DNA from: the human T2T-CHM13v2.0 reference genome, Homo sapiens | Length of the DNA stretch: 64,000 bases | Assembly: GCF_009914755.1 (NCBI RefSeq) | Contig: NC_060931.1 | Strand: one strand, 5' to 3' | In this document: positions 1 to 14,424 of the stretch, in pieces | Layout: each line of letters starts with the position of its first letter | Numbering within the stretch: position 1 is the first letter of the stretch | The notes under the pieces: generated by a model | Databases searched by the model: none | The model's input: the letters and a program-made list of their open reading frames with translations, nothing else | Told to the model about the DNA's origin: nothing | Made by a program: the position numbers and the translations under genes

Positions 1-468
<468 letters not shown>

Positions 469-1549
469 CGCAGCCACAGGGTCTCTGTTCCCTCAGACAA
501 CAGCCTAGAAGAGGCACTCAACAAATGCTTGCTGAATTAGACAACTTCCCTCCAATGCAAGAGGCATTTAAAGCAAAGGTTGCTCCATGTGACACCTGCT
601 GTGGCCAGCACGATTCCTTCCACTCTGTGGAGAAGCCTCGGGGGGCACCTCGGGGCACGCACTGAGGATGAGGCTGGACGCAGGGAAACCTGAGCTGGTG
701 AACGGGCAGCGAGCCTGGAACCAGCCCCGGGGCTGCTGAGGAAGATCAGGCCCCTGTTCTCACCCAGAATCACTTCCCAGAACAGCCTGGATCTTCCCAG
801 CACACGAACTCACTTAGCTTTGTGAGACTCCAGGGAGGCTCCCCGCTTCCTCTCTCCACCCTGAGGACCAGGCAGTGAAGCACCTGCCTGTGGCCACACA
901 GCAAGAGAGGTGACAGGTGTGGCTGAGGGAAGGGACCAGTTGTGTGGGATGGAAGGGCGGGCGCAGGAGCCCCAGGCGGGGGGCCCAGGAGAGGCCGCCT
1001 CCAGGGCTGGAGAGGAGGAGAGTGAGCTAAGGACACAGTCTCAGACTTTGAGCCATTCCCCAGACCTGCCCCAGACACATCCCTGGCCCCAAAGAGCCTC
1101 TCCAAGCTCAGGACACCTGCACACCAGGGCGCGCGGGGACATACATGCTGGTGCAGCGTGAACTGAACAGGTTTCCAGGGACCAGGAGGCTGCCAGCAGC
1201 CATACAGAACCCCGGTGCCACCAGCCATACAGAACCCCGGTGCCAGCAGCAAGCCCCTCCAGCATGCCAAGCACGAAGCACTCCAGTCAGAAGTAGCACT
1301 TCGTCGTGGAGCAGGATGGGTCCGGAAGGTGAAATGAGGTACTGTCAGTTACCACACCAGGAGGCTCTCATGATCATTCATCTGCAGGCACTGGCCATGC
1401 TGCTGGATGTGACCAGACAGATTCCGGGCTGGGCACAGCCATGAGGACCAGCACTGACGAGGGGCTCACAGCTGCCTGGTCCATCTTCAGTAGCAGCACC
1501 AGTGAAGATAGAGGCACCAGCCACGCCTCCCGTGTGTGCCGGGCCCTGC

Positions 1550-1942
1550 CGGTCTACACACAGCTCCTGGGCATGCAGGGTCCCCCGGGTCTACACACGG
1601 CTGCTGGGCGGGCAGGGTCCCCCCGGGTCTACACACGGCTCCTGGGCGGGCAGGGTCCCCCCGGGTCTACACACGGCTCCTGGGCGGGCAGGGTCCCCCC
1701 CGGGTCTACACACGGCTCCTGGGCGGGCAGGGTCCCCCCGGGTCTACACACGGCTCCTGGGCGGGCAGGGTCCCCCCGGGTCTACACACGGCTCCTGGGC
1801 GGGCAGGGTCCCCCCCGGGTCTACACACGGCTCCTGGGCGGGCAGGGTCCCCCCCGGGTCTACACACGGCTCCTGGGCGGGCAGGGTCCCCCCGGGTCTA
1901 CACACGGCTGCTGGGCGGGCAGGGTCCCCCGGGTCTACACAT
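1550..1942. repeat. VNTR, 37-39 bp unit GGGTCTACACACGGCTCCTGGGCGGGCAGGGT(C)5-7, ~10.5 copies
   Basis: Tandem units directly visible; length differences come from the C run. Confidence 0.95.
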
Positions 1943-2334
1943 GCCTCACTGGGAGTCTCTTCAGGGAAGCTCCGCCGGTGTCCTCAGCCTCCCATGAGAA
2001 GCCAGAGGCTCTGAGAGCCACACGGACCACAGGCTCCTGCACGGGAGACCCCAGAGAGCCTAGAGCTTCTTCATGGGCCCACGGGACCTGCCCTGCTCAC
2101 GGTCGCCAGATTTCAGAATCTGTCTGTAAAGCACCTGCCGCTAGGCCCGACTCAGAGTGGGCCTCGACACCCTTCCCATTTCAGAGATGGACAAAGAAGG
2201 GTGGGGGACGGGAAGCAGCCTGTCCGGGCCTCAGTGCTGCTGTAGCCACGGCCCTTGGTGAGGCAGACTTGGCACAGGGTGCCCCTGGGAGCAAGGAGCA
2301 GGCGCAGAGGGGCCACAAAGGGAAATCAGCAATC

Positions 2335-2740
2335 AAGGAAGATGCTGCTTAATCAGAGCTGAGAGCGGCGTAATTCCCTCTGAATCGGAAAATAAAGCTT
2401 CACCCCTCACTCCCCAAAGTCTATAAAATATTAGAGGATATTTTAGAGCTGTAATCAAAAGACTCCCATCTCCAGCCACTGCGGGCCTAGCTAATTAGGG
2501 GGGTTCGCTAATGATACGACGAGGGCCCAGGAAATCTCTCCTTGCGATATTAATTGCATTTAAAGAAAAAAACATGAATTGTACTTATGCTTACTAATTA
2601 GTACGGGTTTGCTAATTAATAATAAGAAAGTCAGAGTGCCTTTGTCTTGTCATTGGCAATTAACTAAAGATTTAAATTTTTCTTTTTTCTCTCTTTTCTC
2701 ATTTCCTAAATAACAAAATGACTTTGGGTTGGAAAATAGC
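2335..2740. promoter_or_regulatory. Candidate conserved non-coding enhancer (homeodomain-motif cluster)
   Basis: AT-rich non-repeat island in GC-rich DNA with about 9 TAAT/TAATTA sites, including the palindrome TACTAATTAGTA (2592-2603). Confidence 0.55.
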
Positions 2741-4300
2741 AGGTAAAGGAGCTGCAGGCTGGGAGACGGGACGGGCACTAGGGCCATGTCCCAGACCACT
2801 GTGGACAGAAGGCGTGAGTGACACAGTCAGCCCTGCCTAGAATGTGGCTTCTCCACACAAGCCCTGAGGGTGCAGACCACCTAGGCCCCAGCCTTTCCAG
2901 GGACAAGGGAGCCCCTTCCCCAGACAGCACCCACTGCCGAGCCAGTCACAGGGAACTGGGTGGGAGGGGCCTCAGAGCCAGACCTGGGTGACTCCAGCCA
3001 TCCCAGCTCAGGGCGAGCTCCCGCTCAGGTTCCTCCACCATAAAATGAAAAGGGAGTCAGGCTGTCCCACAGCCCAGAGACCCCCTTCAGACAGGAACAT
3101 GCACCTGTAACCCCCGGGAAGAAGCCATGACACTGAGGGCTCTGGGTCACACAGAGAAGGGGCAACCTGGAGCCCAGGGCTGCACAGCCCAGTGCGGTGG
3201 CGGGGGGCAGGGGAGGGAGGCCACTGGCCTTCAGGCATGCCTGGCAGGGGCCAGCCCCAACCACGGTGTCTGTAGCCCCCTTGCCTGGCACTGCTCTCCC
3301 CAGGACCTCCTCTGAAGGGCTTTGCATGGCAAGAGGGGCACACAGCCAGCGAGACCCCTCCTCTCGTCCCTCGGGAGCCCTGCGGCTCCAAACAAAGGAC
3401 GGGGCCAGGAACAGGAGCTCAACCCAGGGAGGGGTAAAATCATGATTCTGCTTGGGGGCAATCCTCCCACCACCAAATTCGAAGTCAAATGCTGCAGCTT
3501 GGGGCCCAGGCATTAGCGCTTAAACGGTGCTGCGTACGATGAATAAGGAACAGAAATTATATGGGCTAAAAAAGAGAAAAAACACAGGTTGAAAAGCAGC
3601 CAAACCTCCAGCCCAGCGCTGCACCAAGCGCACCTCACAGCCCCCTGACCAGAACCAGATATCTGGAGAAGCCAGCACTCCAGGGGCGGCCACACCCACC
3701 CCACCTGAGGGCCCAAGACCAGTTTCTGTCTCTCTCCCCACAAAAGAGGACTGGAGTGAGCAGCTCCTCCAAAACCACCTGCAGCCAGACAAGGGCCGAT
3801 GCCCGGGTCAAGATGCCAGCTCCGAGGCGTCCGTGCCTCTGTTGGACATGGGGAGTCCATGCTCCAGGGCAGCTGCAGGTGCCGGGCAGGTGGCTCAGCC
3901 ATAATGCCGAGGGCTTGGCCTGTGCTCAGACAACTCCATTTCTAACCCTCCTGGCCTCCTGCACATGCAGAAGCATGGCCCCCAGGCACGTTTCAATTCA
4001 GGCCAACAGTGAGGCAGCCAGCGTGTTGACACACAGAACACCAGGGTCTCCACAGGGCATCTTCAGATGGGAGCATCCCTCCACCCACCCCAGGCTGTTC
4101 CAGAGGCAACAGGAAAAGGGTCCTCACTGAAGGGTCCAGAAAGCTCAGTCACTGAGAAGGAAGCACCGACAGCCCTCAGGGCTGGGAACTAGGAAGGCTC
4201 TGGGTGTGTCCCCCACCAACCCCCTGCCAACCCCCCGCCAAGCCCCCACACAGGCAGAAGAGGACCCTGGCATCCTTCCTGAACACCTGCACTCAGGGGA

Positions 4301-4571
4301 ACCAGACCCCACAGTCCACAGACCCCCTAACCCCACTCACTGCTGGACACCAGACCCCACAGTCCACAGAGTCCCCTAACCCCACTCACTGCTGGACACC
4401 AGACCCCACAGTCCACAGACCCCACAGTCCACAGAGTCCCCTAACCCCACTCACTGCTGGACACCAGACCCCACAGTCCACAGACCCCACAGTCCACAGA
4501 GCCCCCTAACCCCACACACTGCTGGACACCAGACCCCACACTCCACAGAGTCCCCACTAACCCGCTCACTG
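4301..4571. repeat. Minisatellite, ~48-49 bp unit (CCAGACCCCACAGTCCACAGAGTCCCCTAACCCCACTCACTGCTGGACA), ~5 copies, some with an extra 16-bp sub-repeat
   Basis: Tandem units visible. Confidence 0.9.
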
Positions 4572-7556
4572 AAGCAGGAGCATCTTTCAGGCCTGCCCTG
4601 AGCCATCTCAGATGAGGGCAGAGGAATGGAAACCGAGTCTCAGACCTGCCATTAAACAATACAGTTACAATGGGTTCCCCTGCAAACTACATCAGCAATG
4701 AAAGGTCACAGCAGAACACAGAGAGGAAAATAAACAAAACAACAACCCCACCCCCCAGTATTTCTACAGCCTAAAGAAAAACATGGTTGATACTCCAATT
4801 TCTCCAATTTTAAAACCCAGACCTGAGAAAGGCCTGTCCTGGAGCCCCCAACAGCCTGATTTTCCCTCCGCTGAGCAAAGCGTCACATCTCCGCCTCCCT
4901 CCCTCCACTGCGCTCCCCTGGCAAACCCGCCCTGGTAAACCCCATTCCCCATGACTGTGTCTGCTGGGAAGCACCTGAGCGTGGCAGACAGAAGCCTGAC
5001 GCCCAACCTGGCTCCAAGTTTACACCACAAACCTCAGCGGGACTGCGGGGACCCTCACAGGCCAGTGCGCCTCATGCCCACTTCAGGAGGAGACAGGAAG
5101 CTCCAGCAACCTGCTGGCCCCAGCCCCTTTCGATGCCCCTCCACTGCCCCAGCCCTACATCATGCCCGTCACTACAGTAAGGCTCCCTTCAGCATAAACC
5201 GCTCTCCCACTGCCCATCGGTAAAGCGAATCTTCCCTCCCGGCTCCAGGCCCAGCCCCTGACCAGGCCCTTCTGGGCCTCTCCTCTCATCAATGAAACGC
5301 CGGCCGCAGGGCCCAGGGCAATCCTCTGCTCCCCTTCCGGGTCTTCTCTGCAGTCTGACTGTCCCCTGAAAACACTTCCTTCTCCAGGGCTCTGTGAATG
5401 CACCTGCCCTCCACGGAGTACCCCAACTCATGGCTGCTCCCCAAGACTAGCTGCCAGGATGCTGGAATGCCCCAAAGAGGCTTGAGCCTCCAGTTCTGAC
5501 TTCTCTGCTACCTACTCATTCCCAACAACAGAAACACCATGCAGAGCAGATGGGCACCTCTGACCCCAGGGCACCGACTCAAAGCCTCCAGCCCTGTGCA
5601 TCCAACGTGTGGCAGGCGTGAGACTCCCACACTTCACCCTCAATCTCCCCACCCCATACCATGAGCCCACCCGGGGCGGAATGCCGAAGCCGTCCTTGAT
5701 TCCCAGCCCTCACGCTCTCTACCTCACCTGCATCTCCCTTCAACGCAGCGGACTCGGACCACGCCTCCGCACGCCATTGCAGTCCTAGCCCAGGGCACCT
5801 GCGTCTCCCACCCCGGCCTGCCACTTCCCACCCATTGCGGCCCTGCACAGAGCAGCCAGGCATCCTTTACGAATGGACACCAGGTTGTGTCACCACCTCC
5901 TCCACCCATGAAACCACAGCCCTGCCGTGACCACACAGGGCCCACAAGGTTGGACTACCAACCACCGCGGACCCCGCTTCTGTCACCCCTAACCTCACTG
6001 TTGGGTCCGGGACCTGCCTGCCCCACCATTTCCACCACCAACAGTCGGGTCCCCCAGGCTTGGCTCAGGACGCTCTGCAGAGCGGCCCCGGGAGAATGCG
6101 GCTCCTCCATTCGCCACCACCGGAAGTTCTGTCTTTCACTCTCCTATGGGCCACTGACTACTCACTTGGCAACAGTGTGCCTCCAGGAGGGCAGGAGCCT
6201 GTGTTGCTGGCTGCCGCGTCCCCAGCACCAAGAAGAATGTCCTTAAGCAGCTGCTGAGTGAACAGCGACCATTCCAGAGGCTCAGGACAGCTGTTGCCAG
6301 CCCACCTGGCCTTGGTCCTGCAGATGCCAGCTCTGCCCAGACCCGCGCGGTGCCCTGCTGTTGCCTCTCTGCGCCGCTGGGCAGCTTCTTCCAGGGTCTG
6401 CAGACAGCCCTCGCCCATTCCCAGCCTAGGCCCTGGTGCCCGTACCTCTCAAGACGGTGATTTCCAACCCCATCCAACCCTGTCCCATGAGAAGGGCCTG
6501 TAACCATGGCCGCACCCACAACCGCCACAGGCTGTGCCGCCAGCCCCAGAGCCTGTCAAGCAATGAACCCTCAGCACACCCCTGCCGGGTGGAGAGGAAG
6601 GCCCTGAGGCCCTGAGAGCCAGGACACCGGCTCACAGTCACGAGCTGGCAAGCAAGGACGCCCGACGGGAGCCTCGACCTGGGCTGCAGGCCCTGGGGTC
6701 CGTACAACGCCGACAGCAGCTCTGCCTGTGACCCAGGCCAGCCTGACGCATGGCCCAGGGCAGAACATGCAGACACACGCACGCACGCATGCCCCAGGGC
6801 CGTCCTTGTCCTTCACAGACATGGCCAAGGCCAGGGCAGCATGGAGGGAACCTACACTTTGTTTAGGCCAAAACGCTTCAAAAGCAAAGCCCATTTGTTC
6901 CCTAAAACAGTGGGAAGCTTTTGACACTGGAGGTCCAGAAACCAGGAGAGCCTGCCTGGTCCCCCACGGGCCCACACTGCGGGCCCCCCACCCAGGCTCG
7001 GAGGCAGCCAGGAGAGTGGGGCCCATGTGGGCTGAGGAGAAAACAGCTTAAAAGCACGCCTGCTGCATTCACAGAGGGCAGATAAGCACTCACTAGAGAC
7101 GTCCCTCTCCTGGTCAGGACCCATGCTGAGTGGCGCCCAAGCCCCGGCTGAGGCACTGTCCCACTGGGGACTCGGGTCCTGTGTGGTCGGGACAGGGGTC
7201 CATGAAGCCACAGCACTGATGTCCAGTTCGCTGCTGGACAGACCCCTCGTAGGCTCTCACACCTGCTTTGCCCCGACACCGTGGCCTCGGGCGGCAAACA
7301 TGTCACTGGCCCCCTGCCACAAACACGGTGGTGGGGCCCGAGGGGCTGTGCTCCCCCCCGGCGCATGCCACCTGTCACTAGTAGAGATGGGACTCAGGCT
7401 CCTCACACACCCTTCCCCGCTCAACGCAGCTTCCGACGACAGAAGAGGCAGCCATGCACTGGCGCCTGCAGCCTAAAGGCTTATGGGGACAGGCATCCCT
7501 GCCCAGACCCAGGGTCCAGGTGCCCTGAATCCCAGCCACTCCCGCGTCTGACTCAC

Positions 7557-7613
7557 CATGTCTGCTCTTTGTTTCTGGCCTCCCAGCTCCTCCAGGGCCT
7601 GCGACAGCTGAGC
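7557..7613 (-). CDS. MAD1L1: MAD1L1 internal coding exon (probably exon 14), 19 codons: AQLSQALEELGGQKQRADM
   Basis: Directly continues the MAD1 sequence after ...SAEME. Acceptor cctgtcttgtcttgcAG (plus ctg at 7614-7616), donor ATG|GTgagt (plus actcac at 7551-7556). 57 bp, phase 0-0. Confidence 0.96.
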
Positions 7614-8496
7614 CTGCAAGACAAGACAGGATTCGGCCTGAGACTGTGGTGGGCCAGGCCCCATTTCTAGGACTGCAGGGAACACAACCCCCACCACCCC
7701 GCAGCCTCCACTCTCTGGGGAGCAACGGGACCCAGGAGCTGGGCAGTGGGCAGCCAGAGGGTGGGCAGGGGCCAGTGTGGCTGCCCCGCGAGGCCGAGAG
7801 CCCAGTGATGGAGACAACTGATGGAGACGAAGACCGAGTGGGCTGCGGGAGGCTTCACAGAACCAAGGTCCATTCCTAAAACCTGCCTCAGGAAACTGAC
7901 TGTGAATGGGGTGGACAGGGGTGGGCCCAAGAGGGACTGTGGAACTGGGGAGAGACGGAGGGAAAGGTTCAGCATGGGACTTTCAGTCAGAGGAAATCAA
8001 TTCACTCTCCCTGGCAGGCTCGTGCTTAAAGAACAGAATCAGGTGACCTTCCAGGCAGAGGCCCCACCTCAGAGCATCTCCTCCACCACGGCCACCCCCA
8101 AGCAGGACCCCGACCCAGGCAGGAAGGGTCTCCTGCCCCGACACACTCCCCAAAGGGCACCAGGCTTGACCCCACACTAAGGGTAGAAAAGCCAGCAATG
8201 AAAAGCCAGCCGCCTCCTCCTAACAGGCCTCATGGAGCAGCAAGGCTGGGTCTGGTTGTGGGGCCAGGATGTCAGCAGTCCAGCTCCCTGCTGGGGACAG
8301 TGACCCTGCACCCATGACCTGCACGGTGCATGGGGCTCAGGACCTCGGAGACCCCCGCCCTGGGCCTCTGCCCCTGCGGTTCCTACCTTCCCCCACATCC
8401 TCTGCCTCTGCCCCTTCCTGACTCCTTCCCACGACCCCGCTTGGCTCCCCACTGCCCCCACCACCTAAACACATTGCGGCTCTGTCCTAGAACCTG

Positions 8497-8615
8497 GGAG
8501 GAAGGGCGAGGCAGGGGGCCTTGTGAGACCCCCCCAGGCCACAGCACAGAGGAACTCGGGAGGAAGGGCCAGGCAGGGGGCCTTGTGAGACCACCCAGGC
8601 CACAGCACACAGGAA
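8497..8615. repeat. Two-copy ~61 bp tandem duplication
   Basis: 'gaggaagggc(g/c)aggcagggggccttgtgagacc..ccaggccacagcaca.aggaa' occurs twice. Confidence 0.8.
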
Positions 8616-9755
8616 AGTCCGGGAAGGAGATGGAGGGCCAGCCCAGGAGTGAGGCAGGTGGCTGTGGTGGGGTGTGGGATCTGCGGGGTGGAGGCCCAGC
8701 AGGCCTGAGGGTGAGGGAGAAATCGAGAGGCAGGCAGATGCCTGGCCCAGCGGCAACTGGAAACCACCAGGCAAGTCACCAGGAGAAACGGGAGAGAGGC
8801 GGGGAGGCGTGTGTATGTGCGTGTACACAAGTGTGGGTATGTATATGCACACCTGTGTGTGGCATGTGCACATGTGGTGGGGATGGGGGAAGTATGTTTG
8901 GAGACACAGAAAACAAGGCACTACAGCCCCTGGGGACACAGCCTGGGGAAAGTGGCTGAGGCAACAGCCCACAGTCCTCAACCTGTCCGCTCTGCAGACC
9001 ATGGGCCCCCAAGCTCCCCTACAGGCCCAGCCAGAGCCAGGCTCTGGACTTCCCACGGGCTATCCTGGTGCCTGCTGGTTCTGGACGCCACAGCAGAGTC
9101 AAACCCAGGCTCCAGGTGCTCCCGTGGAGGCTGCAGGTGTGAGCACCTGAGCCTCCCAAGCCTCTGGTGTGGGGCCTCACTCAGTGGGGCCACCGGAGGG
9201 ACCCCCATTGCCCAACACCCCTGTGCAACGCCTGTGGATGAGGGGAAGGCCTTGAGCTCTGCCCATGACCAGCCCCGCCTGCTGCCCTCACACTGCCCTG
9301 GGGGAGGCCCTGGAGCCAGCCTAGCCACTGTCATCAGGAGGCAGGTGGCCGTGGCCACGCTGGGCTGTGTGGACCCCACACTGGAAAGCTTGGTGCCTCG
9401 AGGCCTAGGAGCAGCACACTGCCCTCCTCACAGCCAGCTGAACCCTGGATAATCCGGCCACTGCTGGGGTCACCAGCAGCTGGGACTGGGAACGGCAGAT
9501 GGAAGAGGGACATCCCCCAAACTGGGCCTAGACACAACGCACTTCACCGAGCTGCAGCCCTGGGCACTCCCGGGGGCACAGGGAGCCGGGTCGGGGCATC
9601 CAGGGCACCCCATGCCCCTGGGCAGAGCCTCAGCACATGGGAGGCAGCTGCAGTCCACACTCAGGCTCTCCTCACGCAGCCCTACACCCCGCCCAGGTCT
9701 ACCAGCACCCACAGGCCACCAGGCCAGAGAGCAGCCCAAACAGGGGGGACGACAA

Positions 9756-9878
9756 CAAGGCTCTGAGGTGGCCTGGGCAGTGAGACGCACCCATGAGAGC
9801 TGCCCGCACCCCTGGCAAAGCTCTGAGCTGGCCTGGGCAGCGAGATGCACCCGTTAGAGCCACCCACACCCCTGGCAG
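9756..9878. repeat. Two-copy 60 bp tandem duplication
   Basis: 'gctctgag.tggcctgggcag.gaga.gcaccc' at ~9760 and ~9820. Confidence 0.8.
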
Positions 9879-11073
9879 CCCGTCCATGTCCGCCACACCC
9901 GGCACACTGTCCTGGGCACACAGGCGGCTGGCACGATGGGCACCGGCCTCAGGTGACAGCTACAGGTGAGGCACATCGTCATCCCCATTTACATCAGTTC
10001 ACATGGCAACCTTGCAAGGTCAAAGGCACTTTACAGGAGCAGCTTAGAAGAGGCAGGGTCGTCCGGAAGCAGCAGGGCTGAGAGCTGTGCGCGAGGCCCG
10101 GACCAACCACGCTCTCCTGTGCCTCCCGACACAGAATCACTGCAGGGTGGAGCCGTGACCACGGTGGCCAGCCCAGGGTCCTGCCGAGGCCAGGCAGGCC
10201 ACAGCAGCCTCAGCCTTCACAGCCTCCGGCGCCACGCGGGCAGGCTGCAGGCATTTTCCGAAGGCTTCATCAGGTTTCTGTGAGGACAGCACTGAGTGAT
10301 GTGTGTCTGAAGACAAGTTCATTCACAAGCGGCTCATCAGCCTGAGGCCGAGGCGTCCACCTCCGTACCAGCCCCATTCAGCCTAGCACTTCCATCGATG
10401 GCTGGAAAAAACAGAACGCATGCATCTGAAATCCTCACATGACCCAGGGCCTGGAAACACAGACACCAGTGAGATTTCTGATACATCCTCAAAGCCACAG
10501 TCGCTGGCGAAAGGTGACTCGGAGCCAAGGAGCCCTGAACTCAGACTCGCGCACTGGTCTCGGGTACCTGGGCAGGGCCTGCTTGGAGCAGCTCCCGTGA
10601 GAGTGCAGCCCCGGGATGCGGCCAGGAGGACGACCGCACGTCAGCAGGAGCAGCTATGGCTCGGCTCACACGCAGGGCCCTGGGTTCAAGAAGGCAGACA
10701 TCGACGAGCTGAGTGCTCCCCAGGAGGCGACCAGGACAGCAGAGGGCATCACAGGAGCCATCCAGCCATGAAGACAGACGGCTTACAGACAGTGAGAGCC
10801 ACCTTTCACTGAAGACTGAACACACAGGTGTCACTCAGACTGCAAAGAGACATCCACGGGGTCCTGTGTGACCCAGGAAGTTCTGTGTCTTCGCCTGCAT
10901 TAGGGGGGTTACACACACACTCGCTCTGTCGTCCGACAGGCTGAAAACTTACAATCTGTGCACTTTGGTGTATTGTGTTATATTTCCATTAAAACATATA
11001 CTCTAGCACCCTGGGGGACGAATTAGGGAGGAAAAGAAGGACGGTTCTGTTACCATAAAGAGAAATGGTTTCA

Positions 11074-11629
<556 letters not shown>

Positions 11630-12083
11630 CTACAGCACAAGGTTTGTGGGTGCAGGACACCTCAGCCACCTCTCACTCATAACCTGAAAAGACACGTGTG
11701 GGTGCTCCTAAGAACAGAGCCATGGAACACCGAGAGAACACAGACGAGCAGGCCCTGTGGCCATTCAAGGACACACACTGCTGTCTGCAGCTCCAACAGG
11801 GTAAGTGGTCAGACATGAAGTTTCCAAGTAACAAAAAAGAATGTTTTACATGGGAGCGGGTGTGGACAGGGCAGGAGGGAGTTGGGAGAACGAAGGTGGC
11901 TGTGGCCTGGGGTGTCAGCCACAATGCGTGCCTGTCCTGGGCCTCCCCAGGTTCTGTGGAGGGAGGGTGTGAGAAGCTCACAGCAGAGTCCCAGCACCGA
12001 GGAGCATTTGGCAAACGTCCACTCCTCCCTCACCTTATTGTTCCAAGAACACAGCTAAAGTAAGAAAAACAAAGAAAACACCG

Positions 12084-12283
12084 AAACCCGCACGGCCCAG
12101 CACAGGAGAGACGGGACATCACTAAACCCGCACGGCCCAGCACAGAAGAGAGAGGACATCATTAAACCCGCACAGCCCAACACAGGAGAGACGGGACATC
12201 ACTAAACCCACACAGCCCAACACAGGAGAGACAGGACATCACTAAGCCCGCACGGCCCAGCACAGGAGAGGCGAGGCAGGACA
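12084..12283. repeat. Minisatellite, 40 bp unit ACTAAACCCGCACGGCCCAGCACAGGAGAGACGGGACATC, ~5 copies
   Basis: Tandem units visible at 40-bp spacing. Confidence 0.92.
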
Positions 12284-12699
12284 TTGGGGTCCCGAGAGAC
12301 CCAAGACGACGCTCTCTGTGTGCGCAGAGGAGGCTCCCAGATGGGGCACCAGGAAGCTTTGGGGGACAGGCTCTCATGGGCTCCAAAATGCGCTAGAACT
12401 TCTCCTTCTGGACAAGCTGTAGGAACCAGCACAGACACACCCCCCACCTCAGTCCCCAGACACCAGATACAACACAAGGAACAGTGGGATTCCTGCGAGG
12501 GAGGGCAGGCAGCTCAGAGCTCAGAGCCGCGGGAGGGGATGGGGTGAGTCCCCCAGGACGCAGGCCGGGGCAGTGCCACAGACAGAGCCCAGCAGGCCTG
12601 CTGGGTGAGGAGAGAGGAATGGGAACTCCAGGAGGCACAGATGGGCAGCTGGGCCTGGCAGGCCAGCACCAGACAGAGGGAAGGGACCTGAACAGACGC

Positions 12700-13713
<1,014 letters not shown>

Positions 13714-14252
13714 ACATGGAATCCCCAGAGCTCGGGGAGAACCACACTCACAAGGGCGAGGAGCTGGCACGGCCCGTGTGTGCATTGGAGAGCAGCTCCC
13801 GCAGGGCCTCAGACAGCGCAACTCCAGGCTGGTCTCGGTAGGGTTCCTCCAGGAAACCGCATCTGTGATGGAGGCAGTGGGTGGGCGGCAGAGCACCCCC
13901 TGTGGAAACACCCTGGACAGTGCACTTTAGCACTGACTGTGGGGCTGCCCAGTCACCTTCGGGGGACACAGACACCTCTCACTCTCTGGGTGACCGGGTG
14001 GAGCCCCCAGGCCCTGGCCACAGCGTCCTCACCTCTGAGACAAGAGCTCCCCAAGCTCAGGCTGGCTCCGCAAGGCAGTGTAGGGTGCAGCCTGTTCTGA
14101 TGCGGAGATGGTGGGATGGAGAGAGAGCTTCCCAAGGCCCGGGGTGGGGGCTGGGCTGACGGCTGGGAACACCAGATGCCAAGCCTGCTCGCAGGCAGGC
14201 CAGGCACTTCCCCAGCCTCAGCCCCTCCTCCACAGCCCACCCCGGGCTGGGT

Positions 14253-14424
14253 GCAGACACGCAGGAAGCTCAGGTGGGAAGGAACACGGCTCCATCCCAA
14301 ACAGCCTCAGACGCAGACACGCAGGAAGCTCAGGGGGGGGAAGGAACACGGCTCCATCCCAAACAGCCTCAGACGCAGACACGCAGGAAGCTCAGGTGGG
14401 AAGGAACACGGCTCCATCCCAAAC
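14253..14424. repeat. Minisatellite, ~60 bp unit GCAGACACGCAGGAAGCTCAGGTGGGAAGGAACACGGCTCCATCCCAAACAGCCTCAGAC, 3 copies
   Basis: Near-identical tandem units. Confidence 0.92.

Noticed and set aside
1441-2352. 303 aa ORF and overlapping ORFs
   Set aside because: Open because of the GC-rich VNTR; the frame shifts with C-run length.
4301-4571. Interstitial telomeric repeat (CCCTAA in units)
   Set aside because: Only one hexamer per ~49-bp unit, not tandem.
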